The notes: a model not told the origin generated them from the sequence alone. A stretch of DNA of 64,000 nucleotides from Lepidodermella squamata (GCA_047495785.1 JBLDXI010000024.1:3224001-3288000); one strand, 5' to 3'. Counted from the stretch's first letter, positions 25,545-37,951 are shown. Numbers and translations: made by a program.

Positions 25545-27138
25545 TTTTCTATATTAGTTCAACAAAGTAGGTAACTGAGCTTTTGAAATGATGGGTGGGA
25601 TAATTATATAGGATTATTAATAAGATAAGCTCGGTACTAACTGATAGCGAACTATCTTGCACTGAATATTCCTCCCAAACGGCTGCCACGCCTAATAAAA
25701 TATTCTTGCCAACACATAGTTACGGCTGATAAACCCCCAGTTAATCTAGTTTTTGAGACAATCGGATATAGCGACGAGAGGGAAAACATGAAGATTCCTA
25801 TCAAGACTTTGTACAAAACCGGCTCATAAACAAGTCTAAAGGTCAATTTTATGAAATTATGGCTGTTATGAGGCAAATCTCTGGCCAACCACTGTCTTGG
25901 GGGTGACATTTAGTACTATTTTCCTATCAATGTCCAGCAAGGTCAAATTATAGGAGGTCATTCGCCGTTTAATATGACACGCGGACATAATAAGCCAATA
26001 CAGAGTCGGGCCGAAATACTTCTAAAGACACAATTCCCAATATCCAATATCCATGACATAACGCAGTGTACGGGATCATTATTCCGATTATTCAAAGGAT
26101 TAATCTCCTATCAAAAGCGGAATTGGTGGATAGAAATATGCGCAAATAGAAGTTGTCGGACTCGTTTCAGAAAGAAAAACATGAAAAAACGAGCCATGGC
26201 CAATTTGGTTCCACTCTGATTTGGTCGGCCGGTGGTGACTGGCCAACCTCCAATCTCCTTTGCAGAGAAAAGTCGAATTTGGCCATAGAAAACTCTATAC
26301 AGATCAGAAACTAGCGATCTTCCTATATAGTAAATAAATTCACACTAAACGTCTAATTCTCACGCCATTTTTATTCACTCATCGCCCTATCCGCCCATTG
26401 TAATTTTTCCAATTTTTAATAGTTTTCGAAAATTCCCAAGGAAAATGTGTTTCATTTCCCAGAAATTTCAAACAAATTTTCCGGAATAATAGCGCTCTTC
26501 TATCGAATGAGTCCCGTCGCATGAAACGGTTTTTTTCTAAATTTTTTGAAATTTTCTTAAAGTGGGTCACTTTTACAAAAAATCGCCATTTTAAGAAGTC
26601 TTTCAGGGCGGTGAAAATTTTTATTTTACTCCGAAAAATTCCGAAAAAAATATTATGATCTTAATTGATTTTTGCTCTATCCAACGATATAACGTTTGAG
26701 CTAATCAGAATTTTTCTCTGAGGATATTAGTTTTCTCTGAGGATCGAATTATGGGAGCATATGGGGTTAATTCAGGGCTTCTAAGCAATCAATATTCTTA
26801 TCAGGATGCGACTCTTGGCAGTTTTCTCCATTTTTCATCATTTTTCAGAGTTGTCAAAACTGCCCTAAATTCCGAAATTCTCCGTCCAATGTCCAGTAAT
26901 CTGCGTTTTAACCAATCTAATTTCTTCAAATTATTATTCATTGTTCATTCTTCTTGGAAGTATTACTCGAACTGGCGACCATGGGCTGGCTTCCAGACCC
27001 ACGCAAAAAGGGCCCCTGATTCGAATGCTTTACAAATGCTGTGTTTTACTTTAGTCATTAAATCTCTTTGCAAGCCCAGCGCAAGAGAATCAGCTCAGGA
27101 AGTGTGGAACATGAAATAGAATTTGCGGCTCGATGTCG

Positions 27139-28416
27139 TTATTGAAAAGAAAGATAATTAGCAAGGATATCAGGCAATTGTAAGCTGTCTATAGCAGCCA
27201 TTCTCTTTTTCCGTCCCACGGGTAATTTGCTCAATATGACGGATCTAGCAAGGCTTTGGAGTTTGAATCGACTCACCCAATCGCGTTTAAAAGTACGACT
27301 GCTCTTGTTATCAACTCTGACATGAGCTTCTAAGAGAGCGCATAAAAAATCCTCACGATCCTCCAGAATATCGGATGAATATGGATCCATCTTTCCTGAT
27401 AGTCTGTATAGCCGACTGTTCTCCACTGAGGGTAGTCTCATGCCGGACTGAAGAAGAGGGACAGCCATAGTACGCCACGCCCAATCCCCCTTACAGCCAT
27501 TCGAATGCCTATTGAAGTAGCTGTTGAGTGGGGCGAAGAGTGCGATTTCAAAAAATTCAAGCCCAGCTTTGCTTGTTAAATCATAAGATAAAGCTTCCAT
27601 TAGTGACACAATCAAATCATCGTTGCATTCACTGAGAAAATCGATTAGGTGGCCGTTCCGGTATAGTAAGTAACTGGTTGTTTTGCTGTCTTCAAGCTTC
27701 GCTGGGTCAACTTTGTCAAGAATCATTTTAACAATCGTGTTTTTGCGTTGACGAACTTCAGGATCTCTGTCGTACCTTGTTATGGCCTGGCCGAGGGGCG
27801 AAATGAAGGGCATATATGACCACAGCGGGTACTCGGCCGAGGCTCCGAAAGATAGTAAAATCTCAACTCCAGATGGGAATCGCAACGCAATAGCTATTGC
27901 CAGTAGATAAGAAAGCAGGCAGCTTGGCACGGCTGAATGTTTCAATAGAAGGTTTTTCAATGATGATTCATTGCGAAGTTGAACGCTCAGAGTCATCAGA
28001 ATCACCGAAGAGTAGTCAACTTCACAGCTCGAGACAGGAAGCATACCTTGGAGCAACACCAGCTGTTCGCCTTTCCACTCTCCGTTTAACGGATGCACAT
28101 ACACATTCTGTGGTCCGAGCGGGTAAAAAAGCGGAGGAATCAGCAATTTGTCGAACCCGCTGAAAGCTTGCTTTGTGGGAAGATCAAGCATGGATATCCT
28201 AAGGTCTTCGCTCTTAGCATGAAGTAGGTTCAAAGTCTCATCTATGGCATTGCGTAGAGCATTTGAATTTTCCGGTTGGTGAAAAGGGCATTGGGATCCG
28301 TTGCATATCAGGTCTTCGGTGAAATCGTTTGCTGCTTTATTCACTGCATCTTCCAACCTTCTTACTTCATACCAATAATAAAAGTCATGAGCACCACTGA
28401 AAAGTTCGGTAGTCAT
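27139..28416 (-). CDS. Intronless SOCS-box protein with degenerate ankyrin-like region (ASB-like)
   Basis: C-terminal KLQSLARSVI..AIDSLQLPDILANYL is a BC box plus cullin box; VEILLSFGA..SPLGQAI is ANK-like. Confidence 0.7.
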   Translation of the reverse strand: MTTELFSGAHDFYYWYEVRRLEDAVNKAANDFTEDLICNGSQCPFHQPENSNALRNAIDETLNLLHAKSEDLRISMLDLPTKQAFSGFDKLLIPPLFYPLGPQNVYVHPLNGEWKGEQLVLLQGMLPVSSCEVDYSSVILMTLSVQLRNESSLKNLLLKHSAVPSCLLSYLLAIAIALRFPSGVEILLSFGASAEYPLWSYMPFISPLGQAITRYDRDPEVRQRKNTIVKMILDKVDPAKLEDSKTTSYLLYRNGHLIDFLSECNDDLIVSLMEALSYDLTSKAGLEFFEIALFAPLNSYFNRHSNGCKGDWAWRTMAVPLLQSGMRLPSVENSRLYRLSGKMDPYSSDILEDREDFLCALLEAHVRVDNKSSRTFKRDWVSRFKLQSLARSVILSKLPVGRKKRMAAIDSLQLPDILANYLSFQ

Positions 28417-28610
28417 CTTTTAAGACGAGTTTCTTACGGAACTAAATTGTAGTATTTCGTGATATAAGCGAAACTTGCGATAAGATAACGGCGTCCGAAA
28501 ACAGGATTCAATAGCCAACTTAAAAGCGTTGGCGGTCCGATTTTTTAACTTTCTAATCACCGTCAAACATTATTGATAAAGCGATAATGGAACTAGATAA
28601 TTTATTGGAC

Positions 28611-29552
28611 TCAGCAATCAGCCGTCGATGGACAACAAATGATTTTCTTCTTAAGGCTGTTTTCATACGGTAAATATTTAGCCGGTGAAGCCGGTTCAAC
28701 GCCAAGATGAGAGGTGAGCCGTGTAAAGTGCTGATGGAAGTCCTTGTACAGCGTGCTCGCCACGCTTGATGTGAAGTCACAATGTAGCGGGCAATGGAGG
28801 GGCAGACCCCACCGTTCATTAACGCAAGTTCGAGTGGTGTTACTGAGAAAGTCGAGAAGCTTATAAAACATAGCCATTCGCTGCTCCGAAGCCTGTTGTC
28901 TGGACATGTAATGATACAATGCCATCTCGTAGCGGGAACGAACTACTTGCAACTGTTTACGATCACTCACATTGGCAACCTCTGAAAAACCAAAGTTTCA
29001 CATCAACTGCTTCATAAAATTGTTGTCGATCTTTCTCAACATTGAAAAATATGAAAGTGCCATTCAATATGGTTTCAGCGACTTACCTGGGTTCAAGAAG
29101 ACTACTGCACACATGAGGGCGAATTCTTGAAGGTTGCTAATCAAGCTGGTCACTCGATTGCCCGCAGCACAAAGATAATTTTCCAGCAAATAATGCTTCG
29201 CCGTTCGCTGGCCAACCAAATGCCAAGCGAAGTTGCGGTCAAGGGACATGTTATTCGGCAATTGATGCTCAACATCAAACTGCAGCGACATCTGCGCAAT
29301 TAAAACAGGGAAGAAGGCATTAGCGAAAAGCACAACGCGATCTTGCATGTTGATCATACTGGTACCAGGTAATTGGTTCATGAACTGGCTTATCGCTGTA
29401 ATGTAAACATTAAACGATTCACATCTCTGGTAAACCAAATCCCTCTCAGCAGAGGCTTTATCGGGTAGGTTGGTGGGTACGACGATTTTGAAGTCGGAAA
29501 TCGGAGCCAATCTAACAGCAGCCTCGGAAACTCGATCCAAAAGCCAATGCAT
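28611..29552 (-). pseudogene. 5'-truncated nuclear receptor duplicate, LBD only (intact ORF from a new ATG)
   Basis: Nearly identical to 35290-36260 in exons and 3' UTR, with no DBD. An upstream frameshifting deletion puts DDVISHPKAC in another frame. Confidence 0.7.
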
Positions 29553-29924
29553 GCTTTGGGGTGGCTGATCACATCATCAAGACACATACATAAACGTATT
29601 GTTGAACACAAGAGTGACGTCGTAATTTGTAATCACATCATTGAGCTTGAGATAAATAGTAGCAAATTTCTGGGCGCGCGCTGATTGGTCAATCGATCGC
29701 TGCTATGACTCCCGAATGCGTGCGATGGTCGTGCGATCCTTTCAATTTTGTGCAACAAGTGTTTTTTGCCGCAGCAGATTGCTGCGATTATTAAGGGGTT
29801 TACGCTCGTGGTCAATGGACACCGTGCAGAGGGTGTGGCAAGGTCATTTTTTACCATATAAAATTTCCCTCAAAAATATAGCTCAAGTAGCTTAGCCAAT
29901 TCGATATTTGTATGGTATGACATG

Positions 29925-30235
29925 AGACATGAGTAAAAAGTTTATATCTGCACGGAGCCGGAGGCGAGTTAAGATGAGTAAATCGATTACGGCCAGTTCA
30001 GATATAAAAGATTTACGAATGTTATACCGTAAAATATCGAATTGTCAAAGCTACGCGACCTATATTTCTGAGGACAATTATATATTTGTATGATATAACA
30101 TGAGATATAGATCGAGTAAAACGAATGAAACGAGTGAAATCGAGGCGGAACGAGCCGGCAGGCGAGTGGAGACGAGATTTCACGAGGTGAATGAGTTTTA
30201 CGAGATCTATACGAGTGCTTCACGAAAATATAGGT
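29925..30235. repeat. Palindromic dispersed repeat, copy 2
   Basis: Shares tatctg.acggagccg, gagtaaatc and gttcagatataa with 17820-18030; inverted match to 32310-32390. Confidence 0.6.
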
Positions 30236-30628
30236 TTCTACGAACTCAAGCAATTGATGAAATAGTGCGAATTTGAAACCATCATCCCTTTCTGAACCGA
30301 ATGTTCATCATAAAGGAGGAGAGATCTTAGTTTCGCGGCATCAAGTTTTTCTATTGAATCCCCAAGGGGTAAATCAAAATCAATCAAATAAAAATGTTTC
30401 TCCACATAAATCAATCATTTCAAATTTAAATAAGCGACAATAGGGTCTAAATCAAATCAAATCCAAAGCACTGAATGTACTGATATACAAAAGAATCACT
30501 TTGACCTGACATGAAAAAAATAAGAGTTGTGCTTATTATTAATAAGAGAAAAATAAGAAATCTTTATATACGTTGAAACAAGGAATATTTAATGTTCACA
30601 GGGAGAATGGTTTCATAACCAGTCGCTT

Positions 30629-31087
30629 TTACCTGGGATCTGCATGTTTTGCTGTGAATTCTTCAGCCTTTCTTAAAAATGTTGCTCGGTCCCGGTGAAA
30701 TTCTTCCATAACGTCGGGTCGCAGGCCCCCACACTCGTGATCGTACAGAAAAGATTCAACAAGGTATTTCAGGATGTCTACGACTTTTTTAGCCGGGTGC
30801 CACTTTTCACTGTGCAGCATTGAAGCTTCACAAAAACACGTGCGGCCATCTTCGTAAATGTGAGGGTGATAAATTTTGTTCAGAAACGTGATTACTGGCG
30901 GCTTGAATGGATATGCGTCCGGAAATTCAAACAAAACCTTGAATGAACCTTTGTTGTAAGGTGGATGCTCTGGGCATAGTAAACAAATCCACTGCTTTTC
31001 AGTCAGCTGCTGTAAAAATCTAAATGAAGGATTAGAACTCTGCTCCAAATCCGCCATTTCCCTCGCAATTCGTCTGTTTGCGGCCAT
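30629..31087 (-). CDS. Ubiquitin-conjugating enzyme E2, UBE2L3/UbcH7-like, divergent and intronless
   Basis: MAANRRIARE, PPYNKGSF, YPFKPP, KIYHP(H)I..GRTC, EKWHPA, LRPDVMEE..DR..FLRKAEEFT match UBE2L3 motifs. Confidence 0.85.
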   Translation of the reverse strand: MAANRRIAREMADLEQSSNPSFRFLQQLTEKQWICLLCPEHPPYNKGSFKVLFEFPDAYPFKPPVITFLNKIYHPHIYEDGRTCFCEASMLHSEKWHPAKKVVDILKYLVESFLYDHECGGLRPDVMEEFHRDRATFLRKAEEFTAKHADPR

Positions 31088-31212
31088 AATGCTTCGAAAT
31101 TAGTTGATTCGAATCTTCAACCTTTGTGTAAACCTCGTATGAGCTAGAGAATGTTTAGCGAAAATAGTGATAAGGTAGAACAGCGCCACGTCATTGTTTC
31201 TGCCATATATAA

Positions 31213-31349
31213 GGGGCTGTTCACAAACTATTCGCAATAATATATGAAAAGTACTACACTAATAATAATAAATGTACTGCGCAAGTACTCGCATTATTAT
31301 TAGTGTAGTACTTTTTATATATTATATCGAATAGTTTGTGAATAGACCC
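31213..31349. mobile_element. PIF/Harbinger-type (Tourist-like) MITE
   Basis: TIRs GGGGCTGTTCACAAACTATTCG / CGAATAGTTTGTGAATAGACCC, TAA target duplication on both sides, almost fully palindromic. Confidence 0.85.
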
Positions 31350-31527
31350 TAAACAACTGATAACAAACGTTCCTGTGGATGGGCGTATCCTCTATAAATT
31401 CCTTTGGAATGAAGTCAAGAGTTTAGTAGTGAATTTAATATTTGTATGATACAGTACGAGTGTTTCATTTATATCTGAGATTCGTAGCACGAGATGCGGG
31501 CATGCTGGCGAGGCGGAGCCGAGTCGG

Positions 31528-32262
31528 CATCCCGAACGAAAATTTGCTGACTTTTCTAGATGTTTTTAGGTATTTACCCTTCGATGTTTTCCTGACGTTT
31601 ATTTGGAATTGTCAGTAAACGTCTGGAGAACCTCTAGCCAAGTTAATACCTAGAAATGTCAGAGTAATGTCGGGGGTATAATTTAAACTTTAATTAAAAA
31701 AGTGTTGCTGATGACGATTGAACCTGTGACCATGAAGACACAGTCCCAACACCTCACCCACTACGCCACCGCAGCTATCACATGATTATTATTCTTCAAA
31801 TTAGTCTATAAATAAGTTGCACTTTAAACTTGGTGATTTTTGCCAAGTCCCATGTCCTGGATACAAGGCTTGACATGTTTTAGAGGTTTCCAGATAATCA
31901 TTCCCAGCAATTATTTTGACCTTACTAGGCTTTCGGGTGTTCGACTTTTTATGGATATTTCTAGGTCTTCATTTTACTAGAAAGCTGTCACAGAAGTTTT
32001 TCGAGAGCTAATTGGCAGAAAGGTCGCAGAAAAAGGCATCGCAAAAAATGGGGCCTGTAAAAGTCGCTAAAACTTCGATCCATTAACAATAAGGGCTAGC
32101 AGTTATTCCGACCCGTTAAGACTGTTGAGCTTTATTAGCTAAAAACGTCATAGCAACCTCAAGCTAACGTATTTTTGGAACGACTTGGTCTATAAACATC
32201 GTTAAAACATCCATACGGTCAGTAAATATCTAAAACCAGTCAGGCCATTTTCGTTCGGGATG
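31528..32262. mobile_element. Non-autonomous TIR element (CCC..GGG ends, possibly CMC/EnSpm-like) with an internal tRNA-like segment
   Basis: catcccgaacgaaaat..ctgact and agtcag..attttcgttcgggatg are inverted repeats. Inserted within a copy of the palindromic repeat family. Confidence 0.7.
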
Positions 32263-32495
32263 ACCAAATCGAGTGCGGAGAATCCAGATATGGATGAATT
32301 ACGAGTGCTATATCGTAAAATATAGAATTGTCCTCAAAAATATAGGTCGAGTAGCTTTGACAATTCGATATTTTACGGTATAACATGAGTAAAGAGTTCA
32401 TATCTGAACGGAGCCGACCGAGATTTACGAATCGAAACGAGCCGGAGGCGAGTTGACATGAGTAAATCGAGTGCGGCGAGTTCAGATATAAACGT

Positions 32496-34985
32496 TTCTG
32501 TACCGACTCCAGGTCATCGATGTCCTGCAGGTTAAACGGCGAATACACGGCAGAGCAAAAGTCCAGACGAGACAGCGTATATGTCTTATACGCTCTGAAT
32601 CGGAGAGTTTTAGAAGAGAAAGACTTCCTTATCATACCGTTGATGCGATGGTATTTGGCGGCGAGAGACTGACAGTGTTCTGAAAGTGATAGTTTTGAGT
32701 CGATGATAACGCCCAGGTCCTTCACAGAGTTTACCGTCTGTAGCTCCACACCTTTGATGTCGAATTTAAACGGAAACTCGTTCTTGCCCATTTTCAGAAC
32801 CACGCATTTCTTCGAATTTACAGCCAACCCATTTGTATCGAACCAATTGATAAGCCGATTTAGGTCTTTAGGTTCGGAGCAGTCTGCGAGGCTTCGAATG
32901 ACCTTGTACAATTTTGTGTCGTCCGCAAATAATTTCATGATCGAATTCAGAATACACGAGTTCACATCCGATGGGAATATAAGGAACAGTATTGGGCCCA
33001 GGACCGAGCCCTGAGGTACCCCTGATGTCACCGGGGACCATTCCGAATTTTTCGAGTTGACAGTCACGCGAAAGAAGCGATCTGAAAGAAAGGATCTGAC
33101 CCAGTTGAGAAGCGCACCACAAAAGTTGATGTCAAGAAGCTTTGCTAATAACAACGATATCGGAACAGTGTCAAATGCCTTATAAATCAAATCAAGGTAA
33201 ATAACTACTACGTCAAGAAGCTGGTCTAGACATTTTAGCCAGTCATTTGTACAGGAAAGAAGCTGCGTCTCACAACACCTACGCGATAAGAAGCCGAATT
33301 GATTTTCTGGTAACAGGTTATTCTTGTATAGATAGTTCAACAGGTTGTCTTTCACGATGGTTTCTTGGATTTTTCATAGAATACAAGTCAGACTGACAGG
33401 CCTATAATTCCCCGCAGATGAGACATCACCGCTCCTTTTATAGATAGGTGCCACATTAGCATACTTCCACACAATAGGAATTTCACCAGTTTGAAACGAA
33501 ATTTGAAAAAGCAGACAAAGCGGAGTGCAAAGTGATCGAGCTAATTTTTTAATCAGTAGGTTGTCTACGCCTCCCACAGGCTTTTCCTTGATTCCACATG
33601 CATAATTATATACCGATTCAGCATTAAAGTCGATAGTTTGCAAGCAGTCATTGACAGTCTTAAAGTTAGATGGAGATGAGAACGATTTGTTGTTGTAGGC
33701 TTCAGCGAATTGCTTTCTAAAAACTTCAGCCTTCCCTGAGTCATCCACAATGCTAATATCGTTAGAGACAAGAGCCGGACGAGATTTGAAACGTAGAGAG
33801 AAGTAGTTATACAGATCATCAATGTCATTTGCAGAAAGCAGTTTATTCTCGTATTCTCGTCTGGCTTTACGATTTTCACAATCATACAATAAGGAGGCTT
33901 TTTTATAACGAAGATGGTCGGAGGATAATTTACCACCTGCGACCCATTGGCGATAGAGGCGACTTTTCTTGTTGGAAAGTCGCTGAATGTACGCGCTCAC
34001 CCAAGGCATCCTTCCTTTCTTACGTTTGCGAGTCTTCCGGCGCGGTACGAACAACAAAATACCACGATAGAGGGTGTGCAGAAACCGAGAGTAACACATA
34101 TCCATGGTGCAATTTGAAAACATTTCAACCCAATTTATCGACTCCACATAGTTTCCAAATTTGACGTAGTCGCATTTTCGAAAATTAAAAGCGCTTAAGA
34201 CATGCGAGTTAGTGCTCGATGAACGAAATTTCACATTAATCCTGAATCTAACAATGCTATGATCACATGTGATTGCGAGCGGTTCATCGACTTCAACACA
34301 AGATATGATATTAGGAATATTAGATATGACGAAATCTAGAATATTATCACCACGCGTGGGTTTATCAACATATTGAGTCAGATTGTTTTTTAGAAAAAAC
34401 TCGGTGAAACAAGAGTATAATAAATTGTTCGGATTTTTAAAAGTCATCCCCCCCTGAAAGTCGCACACTGGGCGAGTTGGGCGAACGATAAACAATAACC
34501 ACCCTTAAAGAAATTCCATTCAGCTGAAAAATACAAGTAACACATTCTATATAGCCATCGTATGAGAAGGTGCTGAAGATGCGAGGATTGAGAGAGTGAT
34601 GAATGAATCCGGCCGAACCGCCGCTTTTAAGAGCAACTCTATTCTGAGCAAAGGGAATATAGCCGAGATTTTCTAGTTCGTTTATACTTTTTTTATCACC
34701 TGTGAAACATGATTCAACGACAATAATAACAAGCGGAAGATCGTCACCTATTTTTTCTAACAAATTGTCAACCTTATTGTTAATTGAATTGCCATTACAA
34801 TAAAATACAGGTACAAAGGAAATCAGACGATCAGACTCAATGCATGCAGGGGCGCCAATTACCTATCTCATGAATAATTCAGAAAGTGTTAGCGAATTAC
34901 ACTCGTTGAGACCCTTGTCGAGAATTTCAAAAAAGGCTTTACCAGACGGAGCTTCGTTTTTCACATGCAATCCATAGCTTTTCCA
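32496..34985 (-). mobile_element. CR1-group LINE, ORF2 (APE endonuclease + RT), frameshifted and 3'-truncated
   Basis: YCNGNS, VIVYRSP, QYVDKPTRGDNILDFV, DHSIV, YRPVSLTC, NQFGF, KAFDTV, GVPQGSVLGPILF, FADDTK, KDLGVIID. Confidence 0.92.
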
Positions 34986-35375
34986 AGCATGGGTACTAAC
35001 ACTATATTTTTTGAGCGAATGCTATATTGAAAATGCTTTGCGTGAAGGAGAAACCAAATCAGATTAAAATAGTAATTACAATTACAATTATCTGTTGACT
35101 AAACCTAAGCTCAAATCATATCTGCTGAATTTTGTACATCTTTTGTTTTGTTATTATCAAACTTTGGAACGGATTGAAACATGACTGAAATTTTCTGCCA
35201 CTTTTATACCACTTGAAACTTTTTGTTATCGTGCTCTCAACTTTGGGATTTATGCACTTAAATAAATAAATAAATAAATAAACCTCCTCAGCGTTGGCGG
35301 TCCGATTTTTTAAATTTCTAATCACCGTCAAACATTATTGATAAAGCGATAATGGAACTAGATATTTTATTGGAC

Positions 35376-37343
35376 TCAGCAATCAGCCGTCGATAGACAA
35401 CAAATGATTTTCTTATTAAGGCTGTTTTCATACGGTAAATATTTAGCCGGTGAAGCCGGTTCAACCCCAAGATGAGAGGTGAAACGCGTGAAGTGCTGAT
35501 GGAAGTCCTTGTACAACGTGCTCGCCACGCTTGATGTGAAGTCACAATGTAGCGGGCAATGGAGGGGCAGACCCCAGCGTTCATTAACGCAAGTTCGAGT
35601 TGTGTTACTGAGAAAGTCGAGAAGCTTATAAAACATGGCCATTCGCTGCTCGGAAGCCGGTTGTCTGGACATGTAATGGTATAGGGCCATCTCATAGCGG
35701 GAACGAATTACTTGCAACTGTTTACGATCACTCACATTGACAACGTCTTAAAAATCAATTGCAAATTAATGAATTTATTTTGTGGTCCAAGAAAAAATAC
35801 CTGGATTCAAGCAGACCACGGCACACATGAGGGCGAATTCTTGAAGGTTGCTAATCAAGCTGGTCACTCGATTGCCCGCAGCACAAAGATAATTTTCCAG
35901 TAAGTAATGCTTCGCCGTTCGCTGGCCAACTAAATGCCAAGCGAAGTTGCGGTCAAGGGACATGTTATTCGGCAATTGATGCTCAACATCAAACTGCAGC
36001 GACATCTGCGCAATTAAAACAGGGAAGAAGGCATTAGCGAAAAGCACAACGCGATCTTGCATGTTGATCATACTGGTACCAGGTAATTGGTTCATGAACT
36101 GGCTTATCGCTGTAATGTAAACATTAAACGATTCACATCTCTGGTAAACCAAATCCCTCTCAGCGGAGGCAGTATCTGGTAGGTTGGTGGGTACGACGAT
36201 TTTGAAGTCAGAAATCGGAGCCAATCTAACAGCAGCCTCAGAAACTCGATCCAGAAGCCATTGCGAGGCTGAGAAATCGCTATTACCAAGCAAGCCATCG
36301 ATAGAAGTACATGGGACTAAGCTAACGTTCAAAGAGCTGCATGCTTTAGGATGGCTGATGATATCATCAAGATATGAAAACTTTAGGTTGAAAGTTTCTT
36401 CCGTAATATCAAGGAAATCATCGTCAGCTGCCGTAGACCCGGAAGAGGAGACAAAACTACTTCGCGGTTTTGGCGAATCTTCGCGATTCGAACGAAATGA
36501 AGCTGGAATACTTGTTAAGGAACCTTGTTTGCTAGTATTCTGGGCTACATGGTTTCGATTACGTCGAAAAACCGGTTGATCGAGCACGGAATTCTCTCGA
36601 GCTAGCTGGCGAACTTTTTCCTCGATATCGTGCCGCATTTCCAAGGTCATTCTGCCCATGGAAACGTCTGTAAGTGACATTCCAGCATCGATGCAGCGCT
36701 GTAAGCGGCACTTCCGGCAGTTTGAAGATCCAGGGCACATTTCATTATCTTTGCCCTGCTTTTTACACTTGTATTCAATACGGAATTCACCCTGCATCGA
36801 TCGACGGTAGAACCCCTTACAGCCTTCGCAAGATATGACGCCGTAGTGGTAGCCGGTACTCGAAATTCCGCAGATGACGCATGGAATTTTTGTGAAATCG
36901 AATTTAGAGGATGACAGGCCCTGATCCGTTTTGTTCCTCCTCCTTCTCATGGCTTTAGGCCGATCAGGAACAGGGCTTGGATTAGAACTATCTGTGATAA
37001 AGTGCTTGCAAGCCTGGAATTTGCAGTAGCGACAGTCCTTTGAAACACCTGGGTTGAAGTTGTTGCCTTTGCAGCCGCAAGAGCAGACAAATCGGTCCCC
37101 GGTTTTGATATGCCGGTTGTAGTAGCGCTATAGAAATGAAAATTGCGGATAAAACCAACTTTGAAGTCGTTTTTATACCCGGCAAGATTCGCAAAGTATC
37201 ACGAGACTTGGGGCAAGGGGCTTGCTGCCTGCTGGGACCTTCCGCTTTGCTGCTTCAACTTGCTTACAGCAAACCATGCAATTGAAAGAGGCATTTTGAG
37301 CTTTATTGTTGATATGGATTTGTTTGGATACAAGTTGTGACAT
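35376..37343 (-). CDS. Nuclear receptor with two tandem DNA-binding domains (2DBD-NR), 3 exons
   Basis: Exon 1 37179-37343 (55 codons, below the ORF-track cutoff) CMVC..CESCR; exon 2 from 37127 RYYNRH..CSCGC..DCRYCKFQAC, then [35 protein letters not shown] and LBD (FMNQLPG..QDRVVL; EFALMCAVV..NP). Confidence 0.85.
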
Positions 37344-37951
37344 TCGGCTAATTGCTACACAGCAATTTAAGAATCTACCCTAATTCTTGAGCATGAGACG
37401 AACTCTCGCAAAACTCGTGACTTTTTTCTCAGACCCACGCCGGTTGAGATAAGGTAACGATAATTGCAAGGGTAACCCGCCCCAAAGTTGTTTGTTTCGT
37501 GAGTACGATAAAGAGCTCGCAGCTGCGCAATGAATCATATGAGGTCAACTTATTGTCAATAGGGTGTCCAGAGTGGAAAACATGTCTAGAGTGACTAAAT
37601 TATCTCTCAATTGTTAGGCGTGAAACCTTTGGGTTGATCCCATACGCCTCAAAAGGCAGGAAACAGGAAAACCTAGTGTCTCACTGGAAATTCTGCGAGC
37701 TATCGAAAGGAGTGCTTATATGAGAATAACGATGTAGAGAAAATGAGACCGTCATCTGGAACACCGGTGGTGGTGTCTGGCGATTTATACTAGAAACAAT
37801 AGTTTTTCGATTGTGACTCATAGTAGAACCATTATGCAAGTTATCAAAGTTAATCTTGTGGATGGTCTCAAATAATCTTCAGATTTCAGATTTTAAACTA
37901 TAACTAACATCAATTTATTTCAAAACTTTCATATAACGTAATGTATCGTAA

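Noticed and set aside
31713-31772. Functional tRNA gene
   Set aside because: No convincing acceptor or anticodon stems; it sits inside a transposon.
32240-32495. C-terminus of the 371-aa RT ORF
   Set aside because: Read-through into the flanking palindromic repeat, not LINE sequence.
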